This document shows, piece after piece, positions 1 through 12,763 of a DNA stretch of 64,000 nt; the stretch's first letter is position 1, and every line of letters begins with the position of its first letter. The translations under genes were made by a program, and so were the position numbers. A model generated the notes under the pieces. The model did no database searches and had not been told where the DNA came from. It was given only the letters and a program-made list of their open reading frames with translations. Origin of the DNA: Podarcis muralis (lineage: Eukaryota); contig NC_135666.1 in the NCBI RefSeq assembly GCF_964188315.1, positions 22,940,001 to 23,004,000 of the forward strand, given 5' to 3'.

Positions 1-2679
1 CATGAAAACAACAGCATAAAGTATGCAAACTACTGGCTCTTCCATTGACATGTAAAGAAGGGGTGGAAAGAGGCAAAGAAAAAGCAGGAAGAAATGGGGG
101 CATCTCGACATGGGTGGCAAGAGGTTTTCAATCATAAGACACAATGGGCTTGACAAGCTATTTGTACATATGTAGATGTAATAAAAAGTTCCAATAACTG
201 GCAAGGGTTCAAATGGGAACAATTGTTCATATATGTCATAACAGTCCACCCAGCAGCTGCGAAATCCTCAGATTCTGAGTTTCCACTTAATACTTTCAAG
301 CGGTGGGTGAGCTTTTCCAGAATAACAATGTGTAATATTTTCTTAAGCCAACTGTCCACTGTGACATTTAAGACATTGTTCCAATTCTTAGCAGTTTCAA
401 GTTAGGCAGTCACCCACAAGTAAATAGCCAGAGGCTTCAACACAAAAGGTTGGCCCCTTTAAAAATAGACAACAAACACAAGGCAAGGTCCACATGTGCA
501 ATCTTACAAAAAAAATAATGTTAATTTCAGAAAATACTGCAGACCACAAGGGATGAGCTACTGGGAAGGACCACCAATGTCCCAATGGGGCCACAATTCT
601 GCAAGCAAAGCCTGTTGCCTGTTTCCTGAATGTGTGCCATTTTGACTGGACTGTAAAACCACCTGTGGATGGATTTCATAGAATTCTCCCTGATAGTAGC
701 TGATGAAGAGGGGGAACTGTTTGAAGCCCAATCCTGTTTGTTCTCAAAGTGTCCAACCAGATGCCTAGGGGACGTCTGCAAGGAAAACCTGAGTACAACA
801 ACATTCATCCTACTTGGGATTCCCAGCAATTGGAATTCAGAGGCCTCTGATAGCGGAAGTTGAACATGACTATTATGGGTAGAAGCCAGTGCTCTGAACC
901 ATATCTGGATCCTGCCAAATCATAGGGGACATGGCCATAAAGAGTTAGGCAGGTGCCTACACCAAACTGAGTCACCTTCTCACTACTCAGGCTGCAAGCC
1001 TGAGAAACTTTAAGGGAAAGGGAAGCATTATGACATATACTTTGTATGTGTTTTTGCCCTTTAATTGATATTGCACACATATCATTCATTTTAAAGTCCT
1101 GTTGGTATATCCTGTTGTCCAAGCTGAGGAGCTAACCTAAGTGTTTGCATTCAGTGTCTTCCTTTGTTAGTTGCTGTGGTTCTGTGCTGGCTGATATTGA
1201 AAACATACAACATAAGAGCTGATAATGCCAAGAGCAATTTTGATTGGCAATGAGTTTGTCCTCGTGTAGTTCCTCATTGCTCCATGCTCCTTTCCCATCT
1301 TTCTTCATTTGCTTCTGAGATATGTGGCTACATATCCGTCCTAGTGACACACAACAGAAGCTGCCTACAGAATGACAAAAAAGATCCATGGAATGTATGG
1401 CTGATATGCAGGAAAGCCTTCAATCTGGCAAAGTCTTCATACAAATTAGGTAAAAGAATGTAGAAAACAGATGCTCCTCCACAGAAGCAGCCAAGAACTT
1501 CTAATATCCTGACAACTTGTTAATCAACAAACATATGGTACCACTTTAGCAAAACAAACCATCCGGACCACTCTGTTTACATGGTCTTTTCCTATAAAAG
1601 TATTTTCCAGACTTAGCCATGGACGGGGAATAAAATTACAGTTATTTTTCACCCGCATATTAATGTAAACTACTCATTAACTACAAATCAAATAGAGCTC
1701 AATACATCAGCAGTTCAGAATTTTAGGCAGTAACAAGGGGCAAAGGAGAGAGACAGACAAATTCAGCAAAATTACTCCATAATAAATGGTTCATGACGGC
1801 GGTCATCTTCTATAAATTCTCTCTTTAATTGGGATTTCTACAAGGCATAAATGGAACTGACAAAAATAGAATTCTTTCCATCTGGGAAAATCCTATGAAT
1901 CTTTAAAAACACAAAATAGTTGTGGCACCTGAAGGCACAAAGGGGAGCTGGTTGTGTCATACCAATCAAAGCACTAAGAGCACTAAGTGGCAGGAATCTA
2001 TTCTTATATGGATGAAAAATCAGTGAAAACAGATAACAAAGTGGCTTGTTATGAATTTCAGTGCTATCATCTATTTTCTCGAGCAAAGTTCCACCATATT
2101 ATAGCCAGAAAAGGTAGATCTAGCTGGGCAAAATATTTGACATAAGGTACATGATTTGTTAATTTCAAATAGTGATTCCTAAATACCAGTGTCGGTACTT
2201 AGGTGTTAGTGATCTCCAGAAGACCCCAGAAACAGCATCTGAAAAGACCAAGACGAGAAGCAAATATGTAATTGCAGAAACCAGTCTTCCTCCTTAACTT
2301 TTAAACATTTAGTTTAGGCTGGAAGGGAAGAAAAGTGAAAGCAGTTAAGCTAGGAGACATATGAGCAGCACCAGACCCCAAAATAGGAGGAGTGTCCAAA
2401 GATGGGGCAAGAAGCAAAAGTCACAATCATGAAGCTACAGGAGAATTATGATGCTGTCCAAGTTAATAGGGGAAGGAAATCATGATGAGAACAAACTCAC
2501 ACTGTGGTTTCAGATCCTTGTTTGATGCCCCCAAGTAAACTATTGTTGATTGCCCAAACTGGGTTTGCATGTAGAAACCAACTATAGTTAAGCAAAACAA
2601 ATCATGTGTTTGTGTTCCTTCTGAACCAATCCAATGAGTCAGATGCAACCAATTATGCCAAGGGCTAAATACTAGGTCA

Positions 2680-3029
2680 GGGACGCGGGTGGCACTGTGG
2701 TCTAAACCACAGAGCCTAGGGCTTGCCAATTGGAAGGTCGGCAGTTCAAATCCCCGTGATGGGGTGAGCTCCCGTTGTTCAGTCCCAGCTCCTAGCAGTT
2801 CGAAAGCACATCAAGTGCAAGTAGATAAATAGGTACTGCTCTGGCGGGAAGGTAAATGGCATTTCCATGCGCTGCTCTGGTTTGCCAGAAGCGGCTTAGT
2901 TCTGCTGGCCACATGACCCAGAAGCTGGCTGTGGACAAACACCAGCTTCCTCTGCCTATAGAGCGAGACGAGCGAGAAACCCCAGAGTCGTCTGTGACTG
3001 GACCTAATGGTCAGGGGTACCTTTACCTT
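2680..3029 (+). mobile_element. Sauria-type SINE, full length
   Basis: Starts GGGACGCGGGTGGCACTGTGG with a tRNA-like head, ends in a (CCTTTA)n tail. Flanked by a 14-bp TSD with one mismatch: taaatactaggtca (2666-2679) / taaatactaggcca (3030-3043). Confidence 0.93.
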
Positions 3030-4752
3030 TAAATACTAGGCCAATGACAAGCTTCTAGAACTGGCCACTGGGAAGGATCTCCAGGCCTACTCATGCGGCG
3101 GCTCATCTGAAGGGACAGAGCCTCTGATAGGGTAGAGTTTGAAGTTGACTGTCCTGATGCAAGGTTCATGATAGTATTGGCCAGGGCCACATTTGCATTT
3201 TTACGAGCTATGTGGACAAGCCTGAATTGAGCTCAGGTAAAGTATTTAGATGGCACGTTCTCCCACTCCAATCTCCTTGCGCTGCACAGCTAGAAAGAAC
3301 AGTTTGGAATGGAATGGTTTAGTTTTCCTTTTACTGAACGGCAATTTCATATTACATTCAAACCAAGAATTCTGGTTAAAAACAAACTCTGGTTACTTTA
3401 CAAACCAACTTCATAATTTAAGTGGCTTGTTATGAACAAAAATGAAAATGATCAGTCTATTTCCAGTCCATGTCGCTTTTCACATGGTTTCTTCATAAGT
3501 CCATTCAGTCTCATTTATGCATCAATATGAAATGCTAAAATGTTATGTTTGCATTATTTCTGAATGTTTGTTCCCCAAATACATAATATCAGTACACATT
3601 TCCAAGTGCAAGATAATCTCAAACAAAGCAAAGAGCTCTTGTTGGACAAGGTTATTTATTAAAATAAGGGCATAAAAGGCTATTGATGCAGCTTCTAAAC
3701 ATGTACCAGGGCTTATTCTACATCCTATCCCGGCTACTTATCATTTTGCCTCCCAAAAACATCTTCCCAGAATGCAAAAGGCTCTTTTGAACAGCCTCCA
3801 GTGCATTCTTAATTAAAAGTGTTCTGTCCTTTCCTGCTTAGAACACTTAAGGCAGCTCACAACATGTTTAGAGCACACAATGTAATCTTAAACAAACAAA
3901 CAAAAAACCCTCAAGACCCGAATGTCTGGACGGCCAAATTTATATCCATATGGCAGGCAATGCTACCTCATTAAGTTTCAGATTAAAGATCATTCTTGTG
4001 AAATTCAGTCAGTGGGGAAAAATAATATATTGATTTCTTTGGATAAAAAAATATATATATTTAGGTCCTAAAAGAGCACATATTATGCTCTCAAATGTCC
4101 TTGCAATGCTGTCATCTATGTATGCCATCCATCTGTTAGGATTTGCATGGCCTTGAAAGGTAGCCCAAGCTTCAGTCCAGCTCTGTGGGAAACAGAAAGT
4201 AGTTTCTGAGAGAGTTGAAGGAAGTATGGTAGTATTGTGCACAGTGTAGGCCAAACTTTTTTTTCTCTGGGCCACACTTTTATAATAAAAATTTGCTCAT
4301 GCCACACCGAATTTTTTTTACTGATAAGAAATACGTTGGGAAACAAAAAAGAAAAAACTCCTAGCAGAGCTTGATTTATAACATAGAACACAACTACTCT
4401 ATAATATGATCATGGAACATCCAGAAAGTATAAATCATTGCAGCTACATAGGAACATGAATCATTCCCAAAATAAACGAGCCTTCTCCTGCACTCTGATT
4501 GAATGGCGATTCTGGATCACAACTAGGATTGTCCTCTGCTTTTGGTCTCATTTTGAAAAGTATTTATCCATATTCCGCAAATAAAAAACAATATTATGAT
4601 ACTACACTACACTGAAATGTTTAAGTGTTTGTCTTTGAACCTTGTTGTAAAGATCATTAGCATTATGTCTCTGAATCACTTAGTTTAATTATGATCTGCC
4701 AAGATAAACAAAACCTATGCTTCACAAGGCCTTTATCTGAGTTACCACAACC

Positions 4753-4952
4753 NNNNNNNNNNNNNNNNNNNNNNNNNNNNNNNNNNNNNNNNNNNNNNNN
4801 NNNNNNNNNNNNNNNNNNNNNNNNNNNNNNNNNNNNNNNNNNNNNNNNNNNNNNNNNNNNNNNNNNNNNNNNNNNNNNNNNNNNNNNNNNNNNNNNNNNN
4901 NNNNNNNNNNNNNNNNNNNNNNNNNNNNNNNNNNNNNNNNNNNNNNNNNNNN
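4753..4952. other. Assembly gap (200 N)
   Basis: Run of exactly 200 N, probably a fixed-size scaffolding gap whose true length is unknown. Confidence 0.99.
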
Positions 4953-6149
4953 AGAAGCTCAAGTCTCCTCCCCCATACGTTTAATCAGAAATGCCAAGGG
5001 CTGAATGTGGATCTTCCTGCATGCAAATAAATAATGTATTCTTCCTCTGAGCTAGGTTGAAAGGTATTTTAATTCTGTATTAAACACCTTTTTCTCTAGG
5101 AATCACACAACCTTAGGCACAGGGTTGTGAATAATTCAAAATTATTCTATTGTGGCAAGATGATTCTGCATTGAATTTGTCTCCTTCATACCTTGTTTTT
5201 CTTCAGACTTTTGTAATAAAATTTCCATAGGAGCCAAGATTCTTCTTTGCTGGTCATAATGATGCATCGCCTTTTGAATTAGCAGATGTTTCCCTCCTTT
5301 ATCATTTTCTCTTCAGTTCATTATTTATTCCATTTTAATCTGTGCTGCACTGCATTTGCCATCTGTTACAGACCAGGCCCTTAAGACATCTACATTGCCT
5401 TGAATCTTTCATTCTCCTATAGTTCACTTTCTTAAAATGGATTGTTCCAAGGCAAACTATTCCGAAACGGTCAACCAAGAAGACTAGTTACAGAAACTGA
5501 GAGCCAATGGGATCCCTGGAGACTATAAATTAATCATGCCCATTAATTCCAATGGGTCTACCCTGAGTAGAACTAGCATTGTCTTCTATAGGTTGTATCC
5601 CAAATTGGGCTAGGTGGAGATACAGCTTGACTTCATATAACGCAGCTTCGTATGTTTCAAGTCCTGTCAAAATCCGTGGGAGTTATCCCCTTGAAATTTC
5701 AGAGTCTGAAACCCTGCTCCTCAATAAAATCCCCAAGGTTGCTTCCACTTTCATGTGATATAGAAAAGCACTAGACAGATCATGCCACAGCTTTATTACC
5801 TGGAAAATGCATCACCTCCTACCTAACACAGGGATTGAAGAACTCTTTCTGCCCGTGGAGCCCATTCTCACATGGGCAGCCTTCCAGGAGCTAACGATGG
5901 GTTGGATGTGAAGCCAACGGGAGCAGAGCAATGGGTAAGACTCTTATCTAAGAAGAGTAGACTACACTCCAGCCCTGCAAATGCCAGAGACTTCTACCCC
6001 CTCCATTTTCTATCCAGGAAGGAAAAGTTCAAGGACAAAGCTCAGCCAAGCAACAGGATGTGGAGAAGGGCCAGTGAGGGCTTTGAAGTAGAGAGTGTCC
6101 CAAGGGCCAGATAAGTCTTTGGCTAATTAGCCTATCTATGACCTTTTAA

Positions 6150-6296
6150 ACTGAGGGAGGGGTATTGTTTTGGTTTGTTGTTATGGTGTGCATTTCTGTG
6201 TTTTTATATTGTAAACAGCCCTGTGATCTTCGGATGAAGAGTGGTATAGAAATTAAATAGATAATGATGATAATGATAATGATGATAATAATAATA
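6150..6296 (+). mobile_element. L2-type LINE 3' end remnant
   Basis: gtaaacagccctgtgatcttcggatgaagagtggtatagaaatt followed by a (GAT/AAT)n tail; same terminal motif as at 33045-33080. Confidence 0.6.
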
Positions 6297-7022
6297 CGGT
6301 CTGGAGAACCACATTCAGCTTGTGGGCTGGAGGTCCGTTCCCCAAACCTAATAAGCTGAGCATACAGATTGCATGTATGAATAAAAAGAAATAAAACTTG
6401 TTAGAACTCTGCAATTCAGAGCAATATCACATCTGTGCAGCCAAATGACATATTTCCCTTCCAACTCATCAAAAGAATTTTTTTTTGCGTCTAATCACAG
6501 CAAACCAAGAATTTTATCTCCTTATCTCTAGACTTAACTTCTCAATTTCTTGAGAAGATGTGGTTTAAAATCCAAGTATATTTCATGCTGCAGAACCTTA
6601 ATTGAAAACACCTCGATAAACAAAAAGGAAAGTATGATTTAAATAAACTATAAACCACCCACTTTCTGAAATGCATTATGAGAGGTGAACTCTATCATTG
6701 CAGATGATGAACATTCAAAAAATCACATTATCTGAAAAATTAATGTATTTTAAATTATGCTTTATGGCAGGGGTTATATCCACACAGTGCCATCCAGCTC
6801 CCATAAGCCCTAGCTAGCATGGCCAATAATAAGAGTTGTGTTCCACACTGGCTATTCACACTTGGAACACTCAAAAGGGGCAACAAAAATAAAAGTTTGT
6901 TACAGTCAAAAATAGACTTGCATTAATACATTAATCCGTTTATTTAGCTTTATTAATATGTATAACTCTGATTCTGCAGATCTCCATAATTTACACAGAG
7001 ATTTAAAAGCATACATATAATC

Positions 7023-7125
7023 TAAATGGAAACATAAGCAAGTTGCAATCAGATTCAATGAAAATATAGCATTAAACACAATATTTTCATTGAATCTGAT
7101 TGCAACTTGCTTATGTTTCCATTTA
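7023..7125. repeat. Perfect 45-bp inverted repeat (13-nt loop)
   Basis: 7023-7067 is the exact reverse complement of 7081-7125; extends about 11 bp further on each side with 2 mismatches. Confidence 0.97.
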
Positions 7126-7339
7126 AATTATACGTAAGATCCTACTCTGCACTGTTTGTGAGAACACTCCAGGTTACATGATGTATGCAATTAATAGCAG
7201 CAATTGAAAGTCAGGGGTAGCCAATGTTGCAAATTTCAATTGTATGCTACAACTAATGATTGGCCATACTGATTGGGGCTCGTGGGAGTTGAACTCCAAA
7301 ACATCTGGGGGGACATCAAGATGGCTACACCTGATTTAA

Positions 7340-7968
7340 AATAATAATAATAAATAATAAATTATTATTTATATCCGCCCATCTGGCTGAGTTTCCCCAG
7401 CCACTCTGAGCGGCTTCCAACAAAAGACTAAAAATACCTTAAAACATCCGTCATTAAAAACTTCCCTAAACAGGGCTGCCTTCAGATGTCTTCTAAACGT
7501 CAGATAGTTGTTTATTTCTTTGACATCTGATGGGAGGGCATTCCACAGGGTGTGCACCACTACTGAGAAGGCCCTCTGCCGGGTCCCCTGTAACCTCACT
7601 TCTCGCAGTGAGGGATGGAGGCTCTCCTTCAGGTATACTGGGCTGAGGTCGTTTAGGGCTTTAAAGGTCAGCACCAACACTCTGAATTGTGCTGGGAAAC
7701 GTACTGGGAGCCAATGTAGGTCTTTCAAGACCGGTGTTATGTGGTCTCAGCGGCCGCTCCCAGTCACCAGTCTAGCTGCTGCATTCTGGATTAGTTATAG
7801 TTTCTGGGTCACCTTCAAAGGTAGCCTCACGTAGAGCGCATTGCAGTAGTCCAAGAGGGAGATAACCAGAGCATGCACCACTCTGGCGAGACAGTCTGCA
7901 GGCAGGTGGGGTCTCAGCCTGCATACCAGATGGAGCTGCCCTGGACACAGAATTGACCTGCACCTCCA
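7340..7968 (-). mobile_element. L2-clade LINE 3' fragment (RT C-terminus + 3'UTR), internally deleted
   Basis: Minus-strand translation LHWLPVRFPAQFRVLVLTFKALNDLSPVYLKE...RAFSVVVHTLWNALP is the L2 RT C-terminal signature; AT-rich simple-repeat tail at about 7340-7370. Confidence 0.9.
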
Positions 7969-8648
7969 AAATGACTCCCTTTTGGCTAATCCAAAGAATT
8001 AGACCTGCCAGTGGGAATATTTACTCCTGCCCTTTGATTAGCAGGTTCCTGTGTCACCTCGCAATGGACTTTTGAAAGTCCCCTTTACATACACTCACAA
8101 GGCAATCCGATACATGGCAGACGTATAAGTCCCACTGAGATCAAAGGGGTTTACTGCCAGATGAGGGGGTATAAGTCCCATTGCTGCCATTAGTGTAGCA
8201 AGAAAACACTGTGCCCATGCCAGTATTAAGCTGGCTTTTGCATCTTTGCATGGCTTCTCCCATGCAGTTCAATAGCATAAGAATTTCTGCGAGTATGGCT
8301 CTGCTTTCCTACTGCAATAGGTAGGCAATAATTACATAAACATTTCTATAGACACAAGAGAATAGAAAAAATGTACTTCTTTTTTTCCTATATTTAATTG
8401 ACCAGATTTAGCTACATTCATGCAAATACCTGCTCTAATTCTTTTTTTAAAAAATTGCCTGCAGACATCATTATTCTTATTATTTACCTAAAGGGATACT
8501 GAGTGTTTAGCTCTAAAGGAGAATATTGTGCCCTTGCAAGTTGCTTTGACTTTTGAAATTTGTCATTTCTGTGACATAATCCGTGTTAGCCCCTCAGCCA
8601 CTTGTCAACATGCCTATCATTTAATAAAACCTGTAAAAAAAGAAACAC

Positions 8649-8650
<2 letters not shown>

Positions 8651-8692
<42 letters not shown>
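8651..8692. repeat. (CA)n microsatellite
   Basis: About 21 CA units. Confidence 0.98.
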
Positions 8693-8695
<3 letters not shown>

Positions 8696-10399
8696 CTTAG
8701 AATAGAACAGCCTGCTCCAAGTGCATAATGTTGCTTTTGCTATTCATTTGCTTTGGTGGTTTTCCTTCATTCATTCTTATTAGCATCATGCTTACTCTTA
8801 AAGAAATAATCATTCTAATGTCAAAGAAAAATCTGGACCTACGTTACTGGCATTTTAAAAATAAAATATTCCATTCGAAGAGAAAGGGAAGGTAATATAA
8901 ACAAGAAGCATTCCAATTGTAAAGAGGGAGTGAAATGGGCAAAGACATAAAGCAAAATGGCCATACATTTAAAGCACATTGCTTCCTCCAAAGAATCATG
9001 GGAACTGTAGTTTGTTAAGGGTGCTGGAAACTGTAGGGTTAAAGTATAGTTCCCAGGATTATTTAGGAAAAGCAATGTGCTTTAAATTTATGGTTGTGTA
9101 AGCAGGCAGTGTCTCTGGGCAGTGTCTGCTGTAACATTGGGCCTTGCCAAAATGTGCTTGATTTAGGTCTACTGTGTGCCAGCATCTCATTTGATTGAGA
9201 AAATGTAGCACACTCATTTTCACTCCCTCTGCCCACCATGAGATGACTGTGTGCCAAAGCCCCTCATCATATGCAAGTTTCAGTCCAACTAAGGCTTTCA
9301 GTATCATGTTTCCACCCCACAATTTTGCTTATTTGCTTATTTAGTTGCATTTGTATGCTGCCCTTCTTCAAAGGAGCTTGTGGTAGTAGATCTAGTCTCC
9401 CTGTACCCAATTTTATTGTCACAAGAAAATTGTGAGGTGGGGTTAATAAAAAACCAGATATTATTTACATGTCTGAAAGTAGCGAGAGAGAAAGAGAGAG
9501 AGATCATTTCCTGGGGTGACATACACAACCAGTTTATGAGAAGATTAACAGTGGTCTTCAGATCTGTGGGATTAGGACAAGTTACCTTCTTCCTTCTGTG
9601 CCCTCATCCATCATCTCCCAGAAAAACGTTATTGTCTTAACCAGGCAGCTCTCCTAGAGAGCAATATCCCCCATTGAAACTAAATAATTTTTATGACATG
9701 CAGAGCACAAAGCATATGGTATACATTATATTAACACTAGTCCTTGTCTAGCTAGGCTAGGTCCAGATGTTAATCTGGAGTTGACCTCAAGTTGACATGC
9801 AGACTTTACAGTAATAGATTTGATCCAGCTGTTTGGTTTACAGGTTTTTGCCTCTTGCGCTGTGCTGTACACAACACAGTGGCACCAACCAGCCTATTTA
9901 CTGCACACCCTACCAAGTCAGATTACAGTTATTAGTCATGGCTGGATAAAATATCACTTTCAAAGGAAAAACAATAACAGCAAAGGAAGACAATATTGAC
10001 TTCTGGAAGTTTAATACCCAGAAGTCAGCCAGCCAAACCTACGTGTCGGAAATGAAATAAGACACATATGCAAGTGCCTTCAGCAAAAGAAACACATGTG
10101 CACGTGTGCAAATATTAAGAACCATGTCTTCGGAAGTGTACATTTTAGAAATGAAATTCTAAATGGTCCTAACTTGAAGAAGGCAAAAGAGAAAGTACAA
10201 AAAGAAAAAAGCTCTGACAGCATGAATGCCTCTAGTTATGTTTAAATTATTTAAAACAGTATTAAAAAGTGGGGGGAACCGCAGCAAATCTTCTCAACTC
10301 TTACTTTGGAATAGGCATGCACGGATTCAGGCACACAGATCCAAGTCCCACAATAAAGTTCAAAGTAAGCACACAGATCCTATTCCTTTCCCAATGGAG

Positions 10400-11090
10400 A
10401 AGATGAAGGAGCATGGAGTCTTCAGTATGCTGATGCTACCCAGCTCTGTTTCTCTGTTACATCCAAAACAAGTAGGACCTGGACAGATGTCTGGATGCAG
10501 ATGTGGGCTGGATGAGGGACAATAAGCTGAATCCTAAGAAGATGAAGGTACTGTGAGTGGGTGGTTCATGGGTCCAAGACTTGGGTTTATCTCTTCTGTG
10601 GCGCAATGGGTCGGTGCAGCTGGCTGTTAACCAGAAGGCTGGTGGTTCGAGCCTACCCAAAGATGAATGTAGGCAAAATTCCTTCATTGCAGGTGGCTAG
10701 ACTTGGGATGACCCTCGGGATCCCTTCCAACTCTAGAATTCTATGATTCTACCTGCTCTGGGTGGGGTTGCACTTCCTCTTAAGGAAAAGGTACACAGTT
10801 TGGGGAGTGCTCCTTAATCCACCATTGTCACCGGAGGAGCGGAGGAGTGGACATTTTTTGCTTAGCCACAACCACCATGTATTGGTAACCTTAGAAATTT
10901 GGATTACTGCAGCACCCCCTCCCCCTGTGTGGGGCTGCTCTTTAGGGTGGTTCAGAAGTTGTAGCTGGTGCAAGACACAACAGCTGGATTACCAAGTAGG
11001 GCACCTCATTGCACACCTAACACCTGTCATGAAGGAACTGCCTGGGCTGCCAATTTGCTCTCAAGCCAAGTTCACAGCTAGGGAGGCATC
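10400..11090 (+). mobile_element. Degenerate L2-type LINE RT fragment, interrupted by a SINE
   Basis: QYADATQLCFS from 10423 (decayed YADD motif), CLDADVGWMRDNKLNP (L2 CL..V..WM..N.L.LNP motif), and a later LPGLPICSQAKF resembling LHWLPI. Confidence 0.75.
10591..10750 (+). mobile_element. tRNA-Asn(GTT)-derived SINE with CR1-like 3' tail
   Basis: tctgtggcgcaat...ggctgttaacc...ggtggttcgagcctaccca aligns to vertebrate tRNA-Asn(GTT), with A and B boxes and the GTT anticodon kept but stems broken. Followed by gatgaccctcgggatcccttccaactctagaattctatgattct, a CR1-type 3' terminus. Confidence 0.8.
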
Positions 11091-11429
11091 TTCTTCTTCT
11101 CTTTAGACCTCACAATTGTGGGTGTGCCTCAGCAGTGGTTTGACCACGTGACTGTTTATTATGGGGGGAAATTACAGCCCACTCTTCATCTGTACTGATA
11201 ATGGGGGGGCATAATAAACTGGTGCATAAACTGGACTTCTTCCAGCACAAAGGCTACATTCCCTTGTAGGGAACATGCCAGGGGCTGCATGTCAGTGCTG
11301 AGAAGGGTCAGTGACACAGGCAAGTGAAGCAACAAATATGGCTCTTAGCATTGTAATATGGGCTCCATTCCAGCTGTGCAAAAGCCAGAGGTTTCTATGC
11401 CCCCTTCCCATCTCGCAATCCACTTGAGC

Positions 11430-11740
11430 AAGAAGCATCATAGTTCAAGGAAGCTTTCCAACCAGGCAAAAGTACTTGAGACTGCAGAGCTAGGCTGACG
11501 AGGGGCGTGGCGCTGACAGCATCCTGAGGAAGAGACAGAGTGACCGGGGGGGAGGGTGTGTTTGGCCCGCAGGGTAGAGGTTCCCTACCCCTGTTCCTCA
11601 TAGGAAGTGTGCTTGGCTAGGACTGTCACAGATGGAGCCTCTTGTATTTCTATGATTCCAGCTGGGAGGGCATTCCATAACACTGGTGCCACTGGTGAAA
11701 AGGCCCACCTCTGTATTACTATAAGCTGATTATTATCAGG
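11430..11740 (-). mobile_element. Degenerate L2-type LINE 3' fragment
   Basis: gggagggcattccataacactggtgccactggtgaaaaggccc resembles 7550-7580 in the better-preserved L2 copy. Confidence 0.55.
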
Positions 11741-12193
11741 CCATAGCAAGGGAATCAGGGCACTGCATATGCTTTACTAATAAAACTTTCATTTCAATTA
11801 ATGTACTATAAGCATGAAAAGTGCTTTTTAAAGAAATAATAAAAAATCCTAACCACAATTTAAGTAATTTTGAAATTTTCATACTAAATTTAGCACTGCC
11901 TCTTGGACAAAACAGGGAGGTAGATATATTCCATTCTTTTTCTCTTTGATGTTGAGTTTGGTGTCTGCAGGCAGGAAGCAGTACATGAAAAATCTTCATG
12001 AGCTCCCTTCCTTTGTGCTGGAGGGCAGAGAGGGTTTGTTAATTTGTTCGTTTTCTCTGTGTGTGGGTGTTTTAGCAGGAAGGCAAATTACATTCCCACC
12101 AACAATTTAATTTGCTTTCCATAGCTCACCCCCCCCCCCAAACAGTAAAGCATAATGGGGGAAGACTCATACCAAATAAATGTTTCTGAAGTT

Positions 12194-12198
<5 letters not shown>

Positions 12199-12246
<48 letters not shown>
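12199..12246. repeat. (CT)n microsatellite
   Basis: About 24 CT units. Confidence 0.98.
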
Positions 12247-12254
<8 letters not shown>

Positions 12255-12494
12255 CTGTCTTTTTTTTCCATACAAGCATTAATTCAGATCATTACCCTCT
12301 GCTTGTCCAAATGTCCAAACCAGGAAACTACTTTGTACAAACCAGGATTGCAAACCATAATTGTTTGTTGGATTTGAACCAACCCATTGGGCAACTCTCG
12401 GCCTCAACACTCCTGCAATATGGGGATAATTCTACTACGTCCATTTTACAGGTTTGTCATTTCGATTACTGAATGTTCAAAATGTGCTGCAGCT

Positions 12495-12497
<3 letters not shown>

Positions 12498-12540
<43 letters not shown>
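12498..12540. repeat. (GA)n microsatellite
   Basis: About 21 AG units. Confidence 0.98.
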
Positions 12541-12544
<4 letters not shown>

Positions 12545-12763
12545 GCTTTCAATTTTTTTCACGAAATGCACCCAGGTTTTACTGAGTCTCCCTCTGGAAC
12601 ATCAGCCAGCCATCAGGCCCATTACCATGACTGTATTCACGTAAAATCTTGTATAGTCCAGATTGTGGCCAGCTGGTTTTGCACCTTGTTTTACCACCTG
12701 CCATACAAGGAACTGCAGCTTTTCAGTGCAATTTTAAAGGTGGCTTTTCTAATCTAAAAGAGA

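Noticed and set aside
10591-10665. Functional tRNA-Asn gene
   Set aside because: Acceptor, D and anticodon stems carry several non-compensated changes, and the sequence is fused to a LINE-type tail with no Pol III T-run terminator; it is a SINE head.
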